In this document: positions 54,760 to 64,000 of the stretch, piece after piece
Numbering within the stretch: the stretch's first letter is position 1
How the letters are laid out: the number at the start of each line of letters is the position of its first letter
NCBI GenBank assembly: GCA_044507815.1
Contig: JBIQIX010000004.1
Coordinates: 195,288 to 259,287 of the forward strand
Length of the DNA stretch: 64,000 bases
Reading direction: 5' to 3'
Source: Flavobacteriales bacterium
Lineage (GTDB): Bacteria > Bacteroidota > Bacteroidia > Flavobacteriales_F > PHOS-HE28
Made by a program: the position numbers and the translations under genes
The notes under the pieces: model-generated
The model's database searches: none
What the model was told of the DNA's origin: nothing
What the model saw: the letters and a program-made list of their open reading frames with translations, nothing else

Positions 54760-55485
54760 ATGAACATCAAACTCCTGTTTTTCGCGACTTCGGCCTTGCT
54801 GCTGAGCGCATGCACCAACCAGGCCACCGGCCAACTGGGCCGCAACCTCGAACTGAAGACCACCCTTGATTCGGTGAGCTATGGCATCGGTTCCGATGTG
54901 GGCCATAACCTGCAGATGAACCTGCAGCAGGCCGGGCTCGACAGCATGAACCTCGACGCCATGTTCGCAGGCATGCGCGATGCCATGGACAGCAACGAGC
55001 GCATCAGCTCCGAGAAGGTAAAGGCCGTGGTGCAGGCCTACATGATGGATGCCCAGCGCAAAATGATGGTGCAACAAGCCGCCAAGGATTCGGCGCTGCT
55101 GCGCGAAGGCCAGGCCTTCCTGGCGGAGAATGGCAAGAAGCAGGGCGTGGTGACCACCGCGAGCGGGTTGCAGTACGAAGTACTCCAGATGGGAAAAGGG
55201 CCCAAGCCCACCGCCGAGCAAACGGTGAAGGTGAATTATAAGGGCACCCTGATCAACGGCAAGCAATTCGACAGCTCGTATGACCGTGGCGAGCCCGCTG
55301 AGTTCCCGGTGAACGCTGTGATCCCGGGTTGGACCGAGGCGCTGCAACTGATGCCGGTGGGTTCGCGCTGGAAACTTTACATACCCAGCGAACTTGCTTA
55401 TGGGCAGCACGGTGCGGGGCAGGACATCCCCGGCAACAGCGCCCTGATCTTTGAAGTGGAACTGCTGGACATCGTGAAGAAATAG
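54760..55485 (+). CDS. fkpA: FKBP-type peptidyl-prolyl cis-trans isomerase (FkpA-like, with an N-terminal dimerisation domain)
   Basis: Lipobox (LLSACTN), a helical N-terminal domain and an FKBP domain (GLQYEVLQMGKGPKP…VKVNYKGTLINGKQFDSSYDRGEPAEFPVN…IPGW…YGQHGAG…LIFEVELLDI). Confidence 0.75.
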   Translation: MNIKLLFFATSALLLSACTNQATGQLGRNLELKTTLDSVSYGIGSDVGHNLQMNLQQAGLDSMNLDAMFAGMRDAMDSNERISSEKVKAVVQAYMMDAQRKMMVQQAAKDSALLREGQAFLAENGKKQGVVTTASGLQYEVLQMGKGPKPTAEQTVKVNYKGTLINGKQFDSSYDRGEPAEFPVNAVIPGWTEALQLMPVGSRWKLYIPSELAYGQHGAGQDIPGNSALIFEVELLDIVKK

Positions 55486-55510
55486 CCATCGGCACCATGC
55501 CGACCAAAAA

Positions 55511-55538
55511 GGGGGCCGTGCACCGGCCCCCTTTTTTT
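55511..55538. terminator. Bidirectional rho-independent terminator
   Basis: aaaaa-GGGGGCCG-tgcac-CGGCCCCC-TTTTTTT, lying between convergent fkpA (plus strand) and the DUF551 gene (minus strand). Confidence 0.7.
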
Positions 55539-55577
55539 GTTGCACCCGGCCCAGCATGGCCTGTGCGGCAGGTACGG

Positions 55578-55859
55578 TCAATCTATTTCCGGTCCTCCGG
55601 GCAGCGGCCTCCAATGGGTCACCCGCTCGAAGAAAAAGTTGCTGCATCCTTCACCAAGCCAGAAATGGCGGTGCGTGGCGCGGCCGGTCTTGCTGGGGTT
55701 CTTGATGAACCAATCCTCCGCGAAGCGCAATAACACCACCTCCCTCAGCTCGGTCTGCTGCAAACCCGCTAGGTGAGCGGTGTTGCCCGGCACCCAGCAA
55801 AGCACGCGCTGGCCATCCGTGGGCAGGCGCTCCTTACAACTGATCCATCCCTTATCCAT
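55578..55859 (-). CDS. DUF551-domain small protein
   Basis: MDKGWISCKERLPTDGQRVLCWVPG… matches the DUF551 N-terminal consensus (W-I-S-x-x-[DE]-R-L-P). Its ATG overlaps the malate synthase stop codon as ATGA. Confidence 0.5.
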   Translation of the reverse strand: MDKGWISCKERLPTDGQRVLCWVPGNTAHLAGLQQTELREVVLLRFAEDWFIKNPSKTGRATHRHFWLGEGCSNFFFERVTHWRPLPGGPEID

Positions 55860-57418
55860 CAGCGGTCTGTGCAGGCCAGTTCGGTCTCCAGCAACAACAG
55901 CTCCGGGGGTGGCTTTTCGCCAAGCACCACCCGGGTAAGGAATTGAGCGGCCAGCTGCGCGCGCTCATGCAGTGCACCGCCCTCCATGCGGAACATCTTC
56001 TCGCCTTCCTTGCGGATCAGGAATTTCATGACATCGGAATGCACTTCAAGGCCGGTGGCGGTGATGTAGCAATGCTCACTTTGGGTCCAATGCCAAAGGA
56101 GAAGCATGGAAAGCCGCACCGACGATCGGTCGTGCAATCTTCCGCCCTGCACCACCAGCCCGCGTTCGCGGAAATGCACCAGGCCCTTGATCACCGTCCG
56201 TATGCAGCGTTGCATGCCCTCCGTGGTCAGTTCGCCCTGCGGATGCTGCACCAGCTCGGACATGCCGATGCGGTCAGGCCGCTGGTAGTACATCTGATGT
56301 GCGCGCGGCATGCTTTTGTTGAACTCGGTCATGGCCGGGTTCACCAGCCCGGGGTGTGCCACCAGGGTGCCGTCGTGCCCGTCCACGGCCTCACGCTCCT
56401 TGTCGGCGATCATTTCCAGGTAACGCGGTTGCAGGGTGCCTTGATCCTCCGGCGGCAGCACGAAGGCCGGCGCGCCCATGGCGTGCGCCTGCCTACGGTG
56501 GCATATGCTGATCAGCTTCAGGCTAACGCTGCGCAGAAAGACGGCATCGAGCCCGATGTGCTCGCGGTCGGGCAGCACCGGGGATGCAGGGGTGCTGAAC
56601 AACGTGATGTGGTCCGCGGCGTAGCCCTGCGGGTCGAATGCCAGCCCTGCACTGTGGTGGCGCAGGGCGTACAATATCTCATCGGCTTCCAGCACCGCCT
56701 GCAGGCTGTCCACCATCACCGTGGCCCGTATGCTCCCCTTGGGCAGCCCAATGTGCCTTTCGAGGAAGTCGAACTGATGGGCCCACAGTTGCGCCTCTTC
56801 ATGGCCGGCCACCCCACGGAGGTAGAAATAGATGCCCTTTTGGCGGCTGTACAATTGCGTGCCGCTGCTGGCCACATGCACGGCCAGGTCCAGGAAACTG
56901 GCGGGGGAAGGCCCATGGCCCGCGAACCCGGGGTCTTCGATATGCAGCGGCCGGGGTGCCACCATTAACCGCGTATTGGTGCCGGGGTTGATCCGGACCC
57001 GCTCGCCCAGGTCGGAGATGTAGGAGAGGCGCAGGTTGGCGGCACGCGCAATGTTCCGGTGGGCCTTGTGCACGGCCTCGGCCTCGTTGCAGGTCATGTT
57101 CCACAGATCGGCCACGTAGCTCTTGGCACCTGCGTTCAGCCCCTCGATCAACTCCTTCCGGCTGCACCCGCCGATCAGTTCTACCCGGCGTTCCAGCAGC
57201 TCGGGAGGGGCGGGTTCCACCGTCCAATCGCCATCGCGCAATGCGCCGGTATCCGGCGGTGGGGCCAAGGCGCCCGCGCGCAATTCCTGCCGCCGTGTCT
57301 CTCGTTTTTCCAATAACTCCTTGCGCATCGCGCCGGATCGGTCCTGCATTTCCTGCGCCCATGCAAGGGCCTTGCCGCCAAGCCAGCGGTCGAGGGATGC
57401 AACAGAAGGGGGTGCCAT
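55859..57418 (-). CDS. aceB: Malate synthase A
   Basis: Colinear with AceB: VEPAPPELLERRVELIG…, a conserved core, and the catalytic-region motif GHDGTLVAHPGL. Confidence 0.75.
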   Translation of the reverse strand: MAPPSVASLDRWLGGKALAWAQEMQDRSGAMRKELLEKRETRRQELRAGALAPPPDTGALRDGDWTVEPAPPELLERRVELIGGCSRKELIEGLNAGAKSYVADLWNMTCNEAEAVHKAHRNIARAANLRLSYISDLGERVRINPGTNTRLMVAPRPLHIEDPGFAGHGPSPASFLDLAVHVASSGTQLYSRQKGIYFYLRGVAGHEEAQLWAHQFDFLERHIGLPKGSIRATVMVDSLQAVLEADEILYALRHHSAGLAFDPQGYAADHITLFSTPASPVLPDREHIGLDAVFLRSVSLKLISICHRRQAHAMGAPAFVLPPEDQGTLQPRYLEMIADKEREAVDGHDGTLVAHPGLVNPAMTEFNKSMPRAHQMYYQRPDRIGMSELVQHPQGELTTEGMQRCIRTVIKGLVHFRERGLVVQGGRLHDRSSVRLSMLLLWHWTQSEHCYITATGLEVHSDVMKFLIRKEGEKMFRMEGGALHERAQLAAQFLTRVVLGEKPPPELLLLETELACTDR

Positions 57419-57631
57419 GGGTGAAGGCCCTTTCAACGCGATGGAACGTTCCGGGGTTCTTGAATGGTGCGAAGTTCGCGAACATTGGCCGGTTTGCCGT
57501 GCCCGGGACGGGTTGATATGCTGCACTCCCGGCCGCCCGGCCCGGGATGGCACCGCTCGTGTACCGGCCAGGCAAGCGCTGGAACACAATTCCTACATTC
57601 GGCCTCCCTTATCGCCATAAGGCCGCGAAGC

Positions 57632-58951
57632 ATGAGAACGACCACCACAATAACAGCTTGCACAATGGCTATGATCACGGCTGTGGCCCAGCCCCGTGAG
57701 ATCCAATTCACCGAATTCGACCTCCCCAATGGCTTGCACGTCGTGTTGCACCAGGACCGCACCACGCCCATTGTGGCCGTGGGGGTCATGTACCATGTGG
57801 GCAGCAAGGACGAGGCGCGCGACCGGCGTGGGTTTGCACACTTCTTCGAGCACCTGCTCTTCGAGGGAAGCAAGAACATCGGGCGCGGCGAATTCTCGAA
57901 GTACGTGGAGAAGGCGGGCGGCGTGTTGAATGCCAACACCACCGGTGACCGCACCTACTATTACGAGGTGCTCCCCAGCAACCAGCTCAACCTGGGCCTG
58001 TGGCTGGAGAGCGAACGCATGTTGCACGCCAAGGTGGACACCAAGGGCATTGAAACCCAGCGCGAGGTGGTGAAGGAGGAAAGAAGGCAGCGTTACGAGA
58101 ACCAGCCCTACGGCAGCATACTGCCCGAAGTGTTGGCCCGGGCCTACACCAAGCACCCGTACCAATGGCCCACCATCGGTTACATGGAGGACCTGAATGC
58201 CGCTACCGAGAAGGACTACAAGGAATTCTACAAAACCTTCTACGTGCCCAACAATGCCGTGCTCGTATTGAGCGGTGATTTTGACGTAAAGGAAGCCACC
58301 GACGCCATCACGCGCTACTTCGGCCCGGTGCCCAAGGGCAAGGCGGTACCGCGCAACAAGGTGGTGGAACCCCCTTTGACCGCCGAAGTGCGCGATGTGG
58401 TGTACGACAAGATCCAGTTGCCCGCCGTGGTACAGGCCTACCGCACACCGGCGCTGGGCACCCCCGATTTCTATGCCGTGGGCATGCTGAACAGGCTGAT
58501 GAGCACCGGCAACAGCAGCCGGTTGATGAAGGCCGTGAAGGATGAGGAGCAAAAAGCGCTTTTCGTGGGCTCCTTCCAGCTTCCTTTTGAGGACCCCGGC
58601 CTTTCGATCGCCTTTGCCATTGCCAACATGGGCGTGGCCGCCGATAGCTTGGAGGCCAGCATGGACCACCAGTTCGAGCGGGTGCGCAACGAATTGATCA
58701 GCGACGCGGAACTTGCCAAACTGAAGGTGCAGGTGGAGACCGAGGAAGCGATGGAGAACAACCGCATGGCCGGCATCGCGCACAACCTGGCCAATGCCTA
58801 CACCTTTTTGGGCGGCACGGCCAAGGTGAATACCGAGGTGGAACAATACCTGGCCGTTACCGCGGAGGACCTTCAACGCGTGGCCCGTAAATACTTCGTG
58901 CCCGCCAACCGCGTGGTGCTCCATTACCTGCCCCAATCACAGAAACAATGA
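57632..58951 (+). CDS. M16-family zinc peptidase (active subunit of a pitrilysin/PqqL-like pair)
   Basis: Inverted zinc-binding motif HFFEH…E (HFFEHLLFEGSKNIGRGEFSKYVE) and an N-terminal hydrophobic, signal-peptide-like segment. Confidence 0.8.
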   Translation: MRTTTTITACTMAMITAVAQPREIQFTEFDLPNGLHVVLHQDRTTPIVAVGVMYHVGSKDEARDRRGFAHFFEHLLFEGSKNIGRGEFSKYVEKAGGVLNANTTGDRTYYYEVLPSNQLNLGLWLESERMLHAKVDTKGIETQREVVKEERRQRYENQPYGSILPEVLARAYTKHPYQWPTIGYMEDLNAATEKDYKEFYKTFYVPNNAVLVLSGDFDVKEATDAITRYFGPVPKGKAVPRNKVVEPPLTAEVRDVVYDKIQLPAVVQAYRTPALGTPDFYAVGMLNRLMSTGNSSRLMKAVKDEEQKALFVGSFQLPFEDPGLSIAFAIANMGVAADSLEASMDHQFERVRNELISDAELAKLKVQVETEEAMENNRMAGIAHNLANAYTFLGGTAKVNTEVEQYLAVTAEDLQRVARKYFVPANRVVLHYLPQSQKQ

Positions 58952-61125
58952 ACCGCCAACGGAAGATGAGGAACCGGATCCCGTTTCATAGCCTTGCGCT
59001 GGCCGCAACAATTCTTACACCGGCCCTGATGACCGCACAAGTGGACCGTAGCAAAGCACCCCGGCCCGGACCGGCCCCCGAGGTTCGCATCGGCGAACAC
59101 CAGACCTTCCTGCTGCCCAATGGCATGCGTGTGATCGTGGTGGAGAATCATGCCACACCGATCGTTAGCGCGCAGTTGCGGTTCGATATACCGCCGATCA
59201 TGCAAGGGGAAGTGGCCGGTTACAAGGACCTGGTGGGCGAAATGCTCACCAGTGGCACCGCCCGGCGCACCAAGCAGGAATTCGATGAGCGTGTGGACGG
59301 CCTGGGCGCCCAGTTCTCCGGCAGCAGCAATGGCCTTTTTGCCACCAGCCTGAAAAAGAACTTCCCCGCGGTGATGGAGCTGATGTACGAAGTGGCATCC
59401 AGCGCCACCTTCCCCCCGGAGGAATTCGAAAAGGCCAAGACCAGGCTGGCATCGCAGGTACAGGCACGTGCCGACGATCCGGACCAGATCGGGGAAGTGG
59501 TGGGGGAGGCCCTCACCTACGGGAAAAACCACCCCTATGGCGAGGTGACCACCAAGGCCAGCTTGGAAAAAGTGGCCCGTAAACAGGCCTACCAATACTA
59601 CCGCTATTTCTTCCAACCCAAGCAAGGCTACTTGGTGCTGGTGGGCGACATCAGCCTGAAGGAGGCGCAGGACATGGCCGAGCACTACTTCGGGAAATGG
59701 GCGGGCGCTGAAGTGGCCGTGACCAAGGATGCCGAGGGCCGTGACGTGGTGAAGGACCTGGGCCCGATCATTCCTGCAGGAAGCCCACCCCGGGCACCAC
59801 AAGGCGTACGCGTGGCCTTCGTGGACCGGCCCGGCAGTGCGCAAAGCGTGGTGAAAGTGCTCTTTCCTGTGGACCTGAAGCCCAACGATCCCATGGCCAT
59901 GCAGGCCCAAGTGCTCAACTCCATCCTGGGTGGTGGCGTGTTCAACGCCCGCCTGATGCAGAACCTGCGCGAGGACAAGGCATACACCTATGGCTCCTAT
60001 TCCAGCCTGGATGCCGACCGCTGGTGCGGCAGCTTCGCCGCTTGGGCCAACGTGCGCAACGCCGTGACCGACAGTGCCGCCACACAGATCCTGCACGAGA
60101 TCGCGCGCATGCGCACCGCACCCGTGAGCGCGGAAGAACTGGCGCTGACCAAGAGCTTCATGGCCGGCAGCTTTGCACGCAGCCTGGAGGATCCCCGCAC
60201 TGTGGCCCGGTTCGCCCTGAGCACCTACCTCAACGACCTGCCGGCCGATTACTACGCCACCTACCTCAAGCGCCTGGATGCGGTGACCGCGGCCGATGTG
60301 CAGCAGGCCGCTGAGCGACTGCTCAGTCCTGATCATTGCACCCTGCTTGTGGTGGGCGATAAAAAGGAAGTGGCCGGTACGCTCGCCCCGTTGAGCACCT
60401 CCGGCAAAGTGGTGGATTTTGATGTGAACGGGGATGTGGTGCGCATTGACCATACCGAGGGAGCAACCCCGGCCCCGCAGGGCATGACGGCACGGGACGT
60501 GCTGGACAACTACGTGAAGGCCATCGGCGGCAGGCAGGCACTGGAACAGGTGAAGGACGTGCGCCGGGCGTACACCACCAAGGTGCAGGGCATGCCCGCA
60601 ACACTGGTGGAATCGAATGCGGTGCCCAATAAGTACGCCATGGAAATGAAAATGGGCGACATGTTGCTGCAGCGCATCAAGTATGACGGTGGCGAAAAAG
60701 CCAAGCTCGAGAGCTTCATGGGCGAAAAGGAATTGGTGGACACCGACCTCGACGAGGTACTGGCCAATGCCTACGCATTCCCGGAGCTGCACTATGATGA
60801 GCTGCAGTACAGCGCAAAGCTCATGGGCATTGTGGAAGTGGAAGGGGCGAAGGCCTACCGCCTGAACGTGAAGACGCTTTCAGGCGGCGGGTTTGATGAG
60901 TACTACGACACCACCACCGGACTGAAACTGCGGCGCAAGGATTTCCAATCGCAGGAGGGCGGCGGTTATGTGCAGGTGATCACCGACTACAGCGATTACA
61001 AGCCGGTTGAGAACGTGCTGTTCCCCCATGTGCTGCATCAGGGCGGTGCCATGGAAATGACGCTCAACGCCACCTCCATCGAAGTGAACAAGGGCATCGA
61101 CGCTTCCGTGTTCTCGGTGGAATAG
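58948..61125 (+). CDS. M16-family peptidase-like protein (probable non-catalytic partner) with a ~250-aa C-terminal extension
   Basis: Signal peptide and M16 N-terminal and C-terminal domains lacking a clear HxxEH motif, then an additional C-terminal domain (…GDVVRIDHTEG…KYDGGEKAKLESFMGEKE…) of unknown type. The ATG overlaps the upstream stop codon as ATGA. Confidence 0.65.
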   Translation: MNRQRKMRNRIPFHSLALAATILTPALMTAQVDRSKAPRPGPAPEVRIGEHQTFLLPNGMRVIVVENHATPIVSAQLRFDIPPIMQGEVAGYKDLVGEMLTSGTARRTKQEFDERVDGLGAQFSGSSNGLFATSLKKNFPAVMELMYEVASSATFPPEEFEKAKTRLASQVQARADDPDQIGEVVGEALTYGKNHPYGEVTTKASLEKVARKQAYQYYRYFFQPKQGYLVLVGDISLKEAQDMAEHYFGKWAGAEVAVTKDAEGRDVVKDLGPIIPAGSPPRAPQGVRVAFVDRPGSAQSVVKVLFPVDLKPNDPMAMQAQVLNSILGGGVFNARLMQNLREDKAYTYGSYSSLDADRWCGSFAAWANVRNAVTDSAATQILHEIARMRTAPVSAEELALTKSFMAGSFARSLEDPRTVARFALSTYLNDLPADYYATYLKRLDAVTAADVQQAAERLLSPDHCTLLVVGDKKEVAGTLAPLSTSGKVVDFDVNGDVVRIDHTEGATPAPQGMTARDVLDNYVKAIGGRQALEQVKDVRRAYTTKVQGMPATLVESNAVPNKYAMEMKMGDMLLQRIKYDGGEKAKLESFMGEKELVDTDLDEVLANAYAFPELHYDELQYSAKLMGIVEVEGAKAYRLNVKTLSGGGFDEYYDTTTGLKLRRKDFQSQEGGGYVQVITDYSDYKPVENVLFPHVLHQGGAMEMTLNATSIEVNKGIDASVFSVE

Positions 61126-61155
61126 TGCGCGGGGCCGCATAGGCTGGCAAAAGGC

Positions 61156-63045
61156 ATGTTGGGCACGCTGCGCACTTGGCGGTTGATGGCCGCCCGCTAC
61201 GGGCTGGTGCTGGGCCTGCTGATGATCCTGCGGCTGCTGTTCTACCTGGTTTACCGGGCGCAATTCCTGCACATGCCGCCGGGGCAGTGGCCCCAAGTGC
61301 TGCTGCAGGGCCTGCGCTTTGATGCGGCCGCGGTGGTTTTGTGGAACGCGCCGTTGATCGCCGTGCAATTGCTGGGCTGGCCTTGGCTGGGCGGCCGCAG
61401 GGCGCAACGGGTCCTTCGCCTGGTTTTCATGGCCATCAACGGCCTCCTGCTCCTGGTGTGTTCGATCGATCTCGCCTTTTTCGGGTTCAACAACAAACGC
61501 GTGGGCCGCGACCTACTGGCGCAACTCGGCCCGGGCACGCGGAACCTGCACGCCCTGCTGGCCGGGCACGGCTGGGTGGCCGCCGTATTCGCCGGGTTGT
61601 TGCTGGTACTTTGGTGGGGTTATGCCCGCAGGGGTGATCGGCCTGCGCAAGGCGGCCATTGGCGGCACCTGCTCCTGGCGGTGCCGGCCTTGGGGCTATG
61701 CGTGCTGGTGGCCCGGGGCGGTTGGCAATACCAGGGCCTTGCACCGGCCCACGCCGCGGACCATGTGGAAGCGCCTTTTGCGCCGTTGGTCACCAACTCG
61801 GCCTTCACCTTCGCACATTCGCTTGCACGGCCCGCCTTGGCGCCGCACGTCTATTTCACCCCGCAGGAACTCGATCGCCGTTTCACGCTGCCCCTGGCCT
61901 TGCCGCAGCGCCAGGCAGGCCGCCCCAATGTGGTGCTGATCATTGTGGAAAGCCTGGGCAAGGAATACCTGTCCGCCATCAGTGGCGAGGCCGCCTACAT
62001 GCCCTTCCTCGATTCGCTCGCCGCGCATTCGTTGGTCTTCACCAATGCCTACGCGAACGCCGAGCGCAGCAACAAGGCCATTTGCTCCATCCTGGCCGGC
62101 ATCCCCTCCTTCACCGAGGATGCCTTCATGAACACGCCCTATGCCGATAACCGCGTGGAGGGCCTCGGCGCCAGGCTGAAAGAGCTCGGTTACAGCACGT
62201 CGTTCTTCCACGGTGGGATCAACGGCGAATACAAATTCGATTCGTTTGCACGCGGCGCCGGCTTCGACCGGTACTACGGCCGTGACCAATACCCCGGCAA
62301 GGGCGCGTACGACGGGCATTGGGGCATTTATGATGAGGAGTTCCTGCAATTCTTCGCATCCCGGCTGGATGCCACACCTGAGCCGTTCTGCGCCGCGGTG
62401 TTCACTCTTTCCTCGCACGATCCATTCCCCATTCCGGCACGCTGGAAGAACACCTTCCCGAAGGGTGACCAGGAGATACATGAATCATTAGGGTATACGG
62501 ATATGGCGCTGCAGCGCTTCTTCAGCAAAGCGAGGCGTGCGCCCTGGTACAGCAACACCTTGTTCGTGATCACCGGCGACCACACGTTCCAGTACAATGT
62601 GCATCCGCCGTGGTACATGAATCCGGCGGGACGCTTTGCCGTGCCCATCATTTTCCATCGTCCTGGCGGCCACATGGCCGGCACCGATACCACCTTGGCC
62701 CAGCAGCTGGACATTATGCCCAGCATACTCGACCTGGCCGGGCACGGGGGCACGGTAAACAGCTTCGGCCGCAGCCTGTTCAGCCCGGGCCGGGTGCCCT
62801 ACGCCGTGCAATACCTCAACGGGCAGTACCAGCTCATGCAAGGCGACCGGATGCTGTTCTTCAACGGGGAGAAGGCCACCGGGCTGTACGCCTTCCGCAG
62901 CGACACGCTTTTCGCCCACGACCTGCTGCAGGCCGAACCGGCACAAGCCGAACGCATGCGCCTATTCCTGCAGGCCATGGTGCAGCGCTACGGCCAGGCC
63001 ATGGTGAACAATGAATTGGCGGCCCCTGGGGGCTTAGGCCAATAG
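61156..63045 (+). CDS. LTA-synthase/sulfatase-family membrane protein (phosphoglycerol- or phosphoethanolamine-transferase-like, alkaline-phosphatase superfamily)
   Basis: Five N-terminal transmembrane segments followed by a periplasmic sulfatase-like domain (RPNVVLIIVESLGKEYLS…TGDH). Confidence 0.7.
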   Translation: MLGTLRTWRLMAARYGLVLGLLMILRLLFYLVYRAQFLHMPPGQWPQVLLQGLRFDAAAVVLWNAPLIAVQLLGWPWLGGRRAQRVLRLVFMAINGLLLLVCSIDLAFFGFNNKRVGRDLLAQLGPGTRNLHALLAGHGWVAAVFAGLLLVLWWGYARRGDRPAQGGHWRHLLLAVPALGLCVLVARGGWQYQGLAPAHAADHVEAPFAPLVTNSAFTFAHSLARPALAPHVYFTPQELDRRFTLPLALPQRQAGRPNVVLIIVESLGKEYLSAISGEAAYMPFLDSLAAHSLVFTNAYANAERSNKAICSILAGIPSFTEDAFMNTPYADNRVEGLGARLKELGYSTSFFHGGINGEYKFDSFARGAGFDRYYGRDQYPGKGAYDGHWGIYDEEFLQFFASRLDATPEPFCAAVFTLSSHDPFPIPARWKNTFPKGDQEIHESLGYTDMALQRFFSKARRAPWYSNTLFVITGDHTFQYNVHPPWYMNPAGRFAVPIIFHRPGGHMAGTDTTLAQQLDIMPSILDLAGHGGTVNSFGRSLFSPGRVPYAVQYLNGQYQLMQGDRMLFFNGEKATGLYAFRSDTLFAHDLLQAEPAQAERMRLFLQAMVQRYGQAMVNNELAAPGGLGQ

Positions 63046-63654
63046 TGCCTGCCGGGCCCCGGGCCCAAGGTTCATCACCAGGTCGATCACGCATAGGCGG
63101 CCCTGCGGGCCGAGCCGATCAGCGAACACCTGCGGATAGGTCCGGACGGGCTTCAAATCAGAAGGCAGGGGTTTCTTGGGGTGCAGGGCCGTGCGCAGGT
63201 CCCAAACGCCCGGCGGAATGCGTTCCACGAAATGTTGCTGCATTTCAGGCACCGGCAGCCCCAGCCAGGCGCAGGCCAGCCGCATGGTGGCCAGGGTGAG
63301 GCCGGTGAGCAGGGCATGCCTGGCACCCAGCACTTCCTCGATCCCCGGCATGTAATGGATGAACCAGGGCGATTGCCCGTAGGCGCTGCGGATGGCCTGC
63401 AAATGTTGTAGGTGCCATGGCTCCGCATAGGACAACCCCACGGTGCGCATGGGCATTTTTTCGCCGCTGCGGCGTGCGATGTGCACCTGTAGCGCCTGCA
63501 CGCCGTTGGCGCCGGCAATGGTGGTGCGGGTACGGTAGCTCTGCCTCTCGTAATGCTCGCCGACATCCACCAGGCAACGCCCCGCGCGCACCATCAATGC
63601 ATAGTGCTCAACACTGCCGAAATACAGCGCGGGAAAAAGCGGAATGCCGGGCAT
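63034..63654 (-). CDS. WbqC-family protein
   Basis: MPGIPLFPALYFGSVEHYALM… matches the WbqC-like N-terminus. About 206 aa. Confidence 0.5.
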   Translation of the reverse strand: MPGIPLFPALYFGSVEHYALMVRAGRCLVDVGEHYERQSYRTRTTIAGANGVQALQVHIARRSGEKMPMRTVGLSYAEPWHLQHLQAIRSAYGQSPWFIHYMPGIEEVLGARHALLTGLTLATMRLACAWLGLPVPEMQQHFVERIPPGVWDLRTALHPKKPLPSDLKPVRTYPQVFADRLGPQGRLCVIDLVMNLGPGARQALLA

Positions 63655-63697
63655 GGCGCACAAATATGCGGGCACTGGCGTTATTTGGCCAACGCAA

Positions 63698-64000
63698 ACC
63701 GTACACATGAAAAACATCCACCAGATCCTTGTGGCCGCCGTGTTGCTGGCTGCCTGCCAAGGCGCTGAAAAACCAGCCGCCACGCCGGTTGCTGATGAAA
63801 ACGCCCCAACCCCACCCGCATGGAGCGGCTCCTTCACGGATACGCTGCCCTGCGCCGATTGCCCCGGCATACTGACGCGACTGCAATTGCGGCCGGACAG
63901 CATTTATGTGTTCACGCAGGAATACCTGGAGCGGGACAGCATTCCGTACGGCACCATCGGGCGCTGGACAGCCAATGGCGATCGGTTGACGTTGCGCACC
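63698..64000 (+). CDS. Lipoprotein with an NlpE-N-terminal-like domain (copper-resistance NlpE family), 3'-truncated by the window edge
   Basis: Lipobox (LLAACQG) and the C-x-D-C-x-G-I motif (LPCADCPGILTRLQLRPD) typical of the NlpE N-terminal domain. The ORF runs off the window. Confidence 0.5.

Overview
This 64 kb window is high-GC (about 62%) and looks like chromosomal DNA from a gliding, type IX secretion (T9SS)-bearing member of the Bacteroidota. It is densely packed with genes and contains two tRNAs, no CRISPR array and no recognisable transposase or integrase.

Housekeeping genes recognisable from their motifs are argS, ffh, folD, ribH, recF (followed by a DUF721 gene), ndk, aroK, yaaA, a PyrR-like phosphoribosyltransferase, nhaA, a cation-diffusion-facilitator transporter, pbpC, a tail-specific S41 protease, arginase, a beta-class carbonic anhydrase, malate synthase, a pair of M16 peptidases and three FKBP-type peptidyl-prolyl isomerases.

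Accessory content sits between these:
- a SprB-like giant adhesin of about 1600 aa with a type-B T9SS C-terminal domain, translationally coupled to its own PorP/SprF-family gene; the adhesin gene carries a 714-bp-period tandem repeat with two perfectly identical 234-bp cores;
- two further T9SS cargo proteins with type-A C-terminal domains: a lysyl-endopeptidase-like S1 protease and a LamG-like protein;
- an OmpA protein with a PorE-like architecture at the left window edge;
- a czc-type heavy-metal efflux locus in which the RND pump and the TolC-like outer-membrane factor are one continuous 1442-codon reading frame, with the outer-membrane factor's signal peptide retained internally; a histidine-rich small protein and a tRNA-Lys lie immediately upstream;
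- a same-strand block running Dps, a secreted hypothetical protein, a TMEM220-like membrane protein, two TonB-dependent receptors, a small Cys/His-motif protein, a Wzx-like flippase and a glycosyltransferase, ending next to tRNA-His;
- several proteins with no recognisable domain, including a 527-aa Lys/Glu-rich secreted protein encoded in a lower-GC segment.

The ATGA stop/start overlap recurs at at least eight gene junctions. No single obvious new system (defence or otherwise) could be established from the sequence alone. The candidates most worth follow-up are the RND pump/outer-membrane-factor fusion, the adhesin repeat array, the DUF551 gene coupled to malate synthase, the Dps-linked secreted protein and the hypothetical proteins with no domain match.
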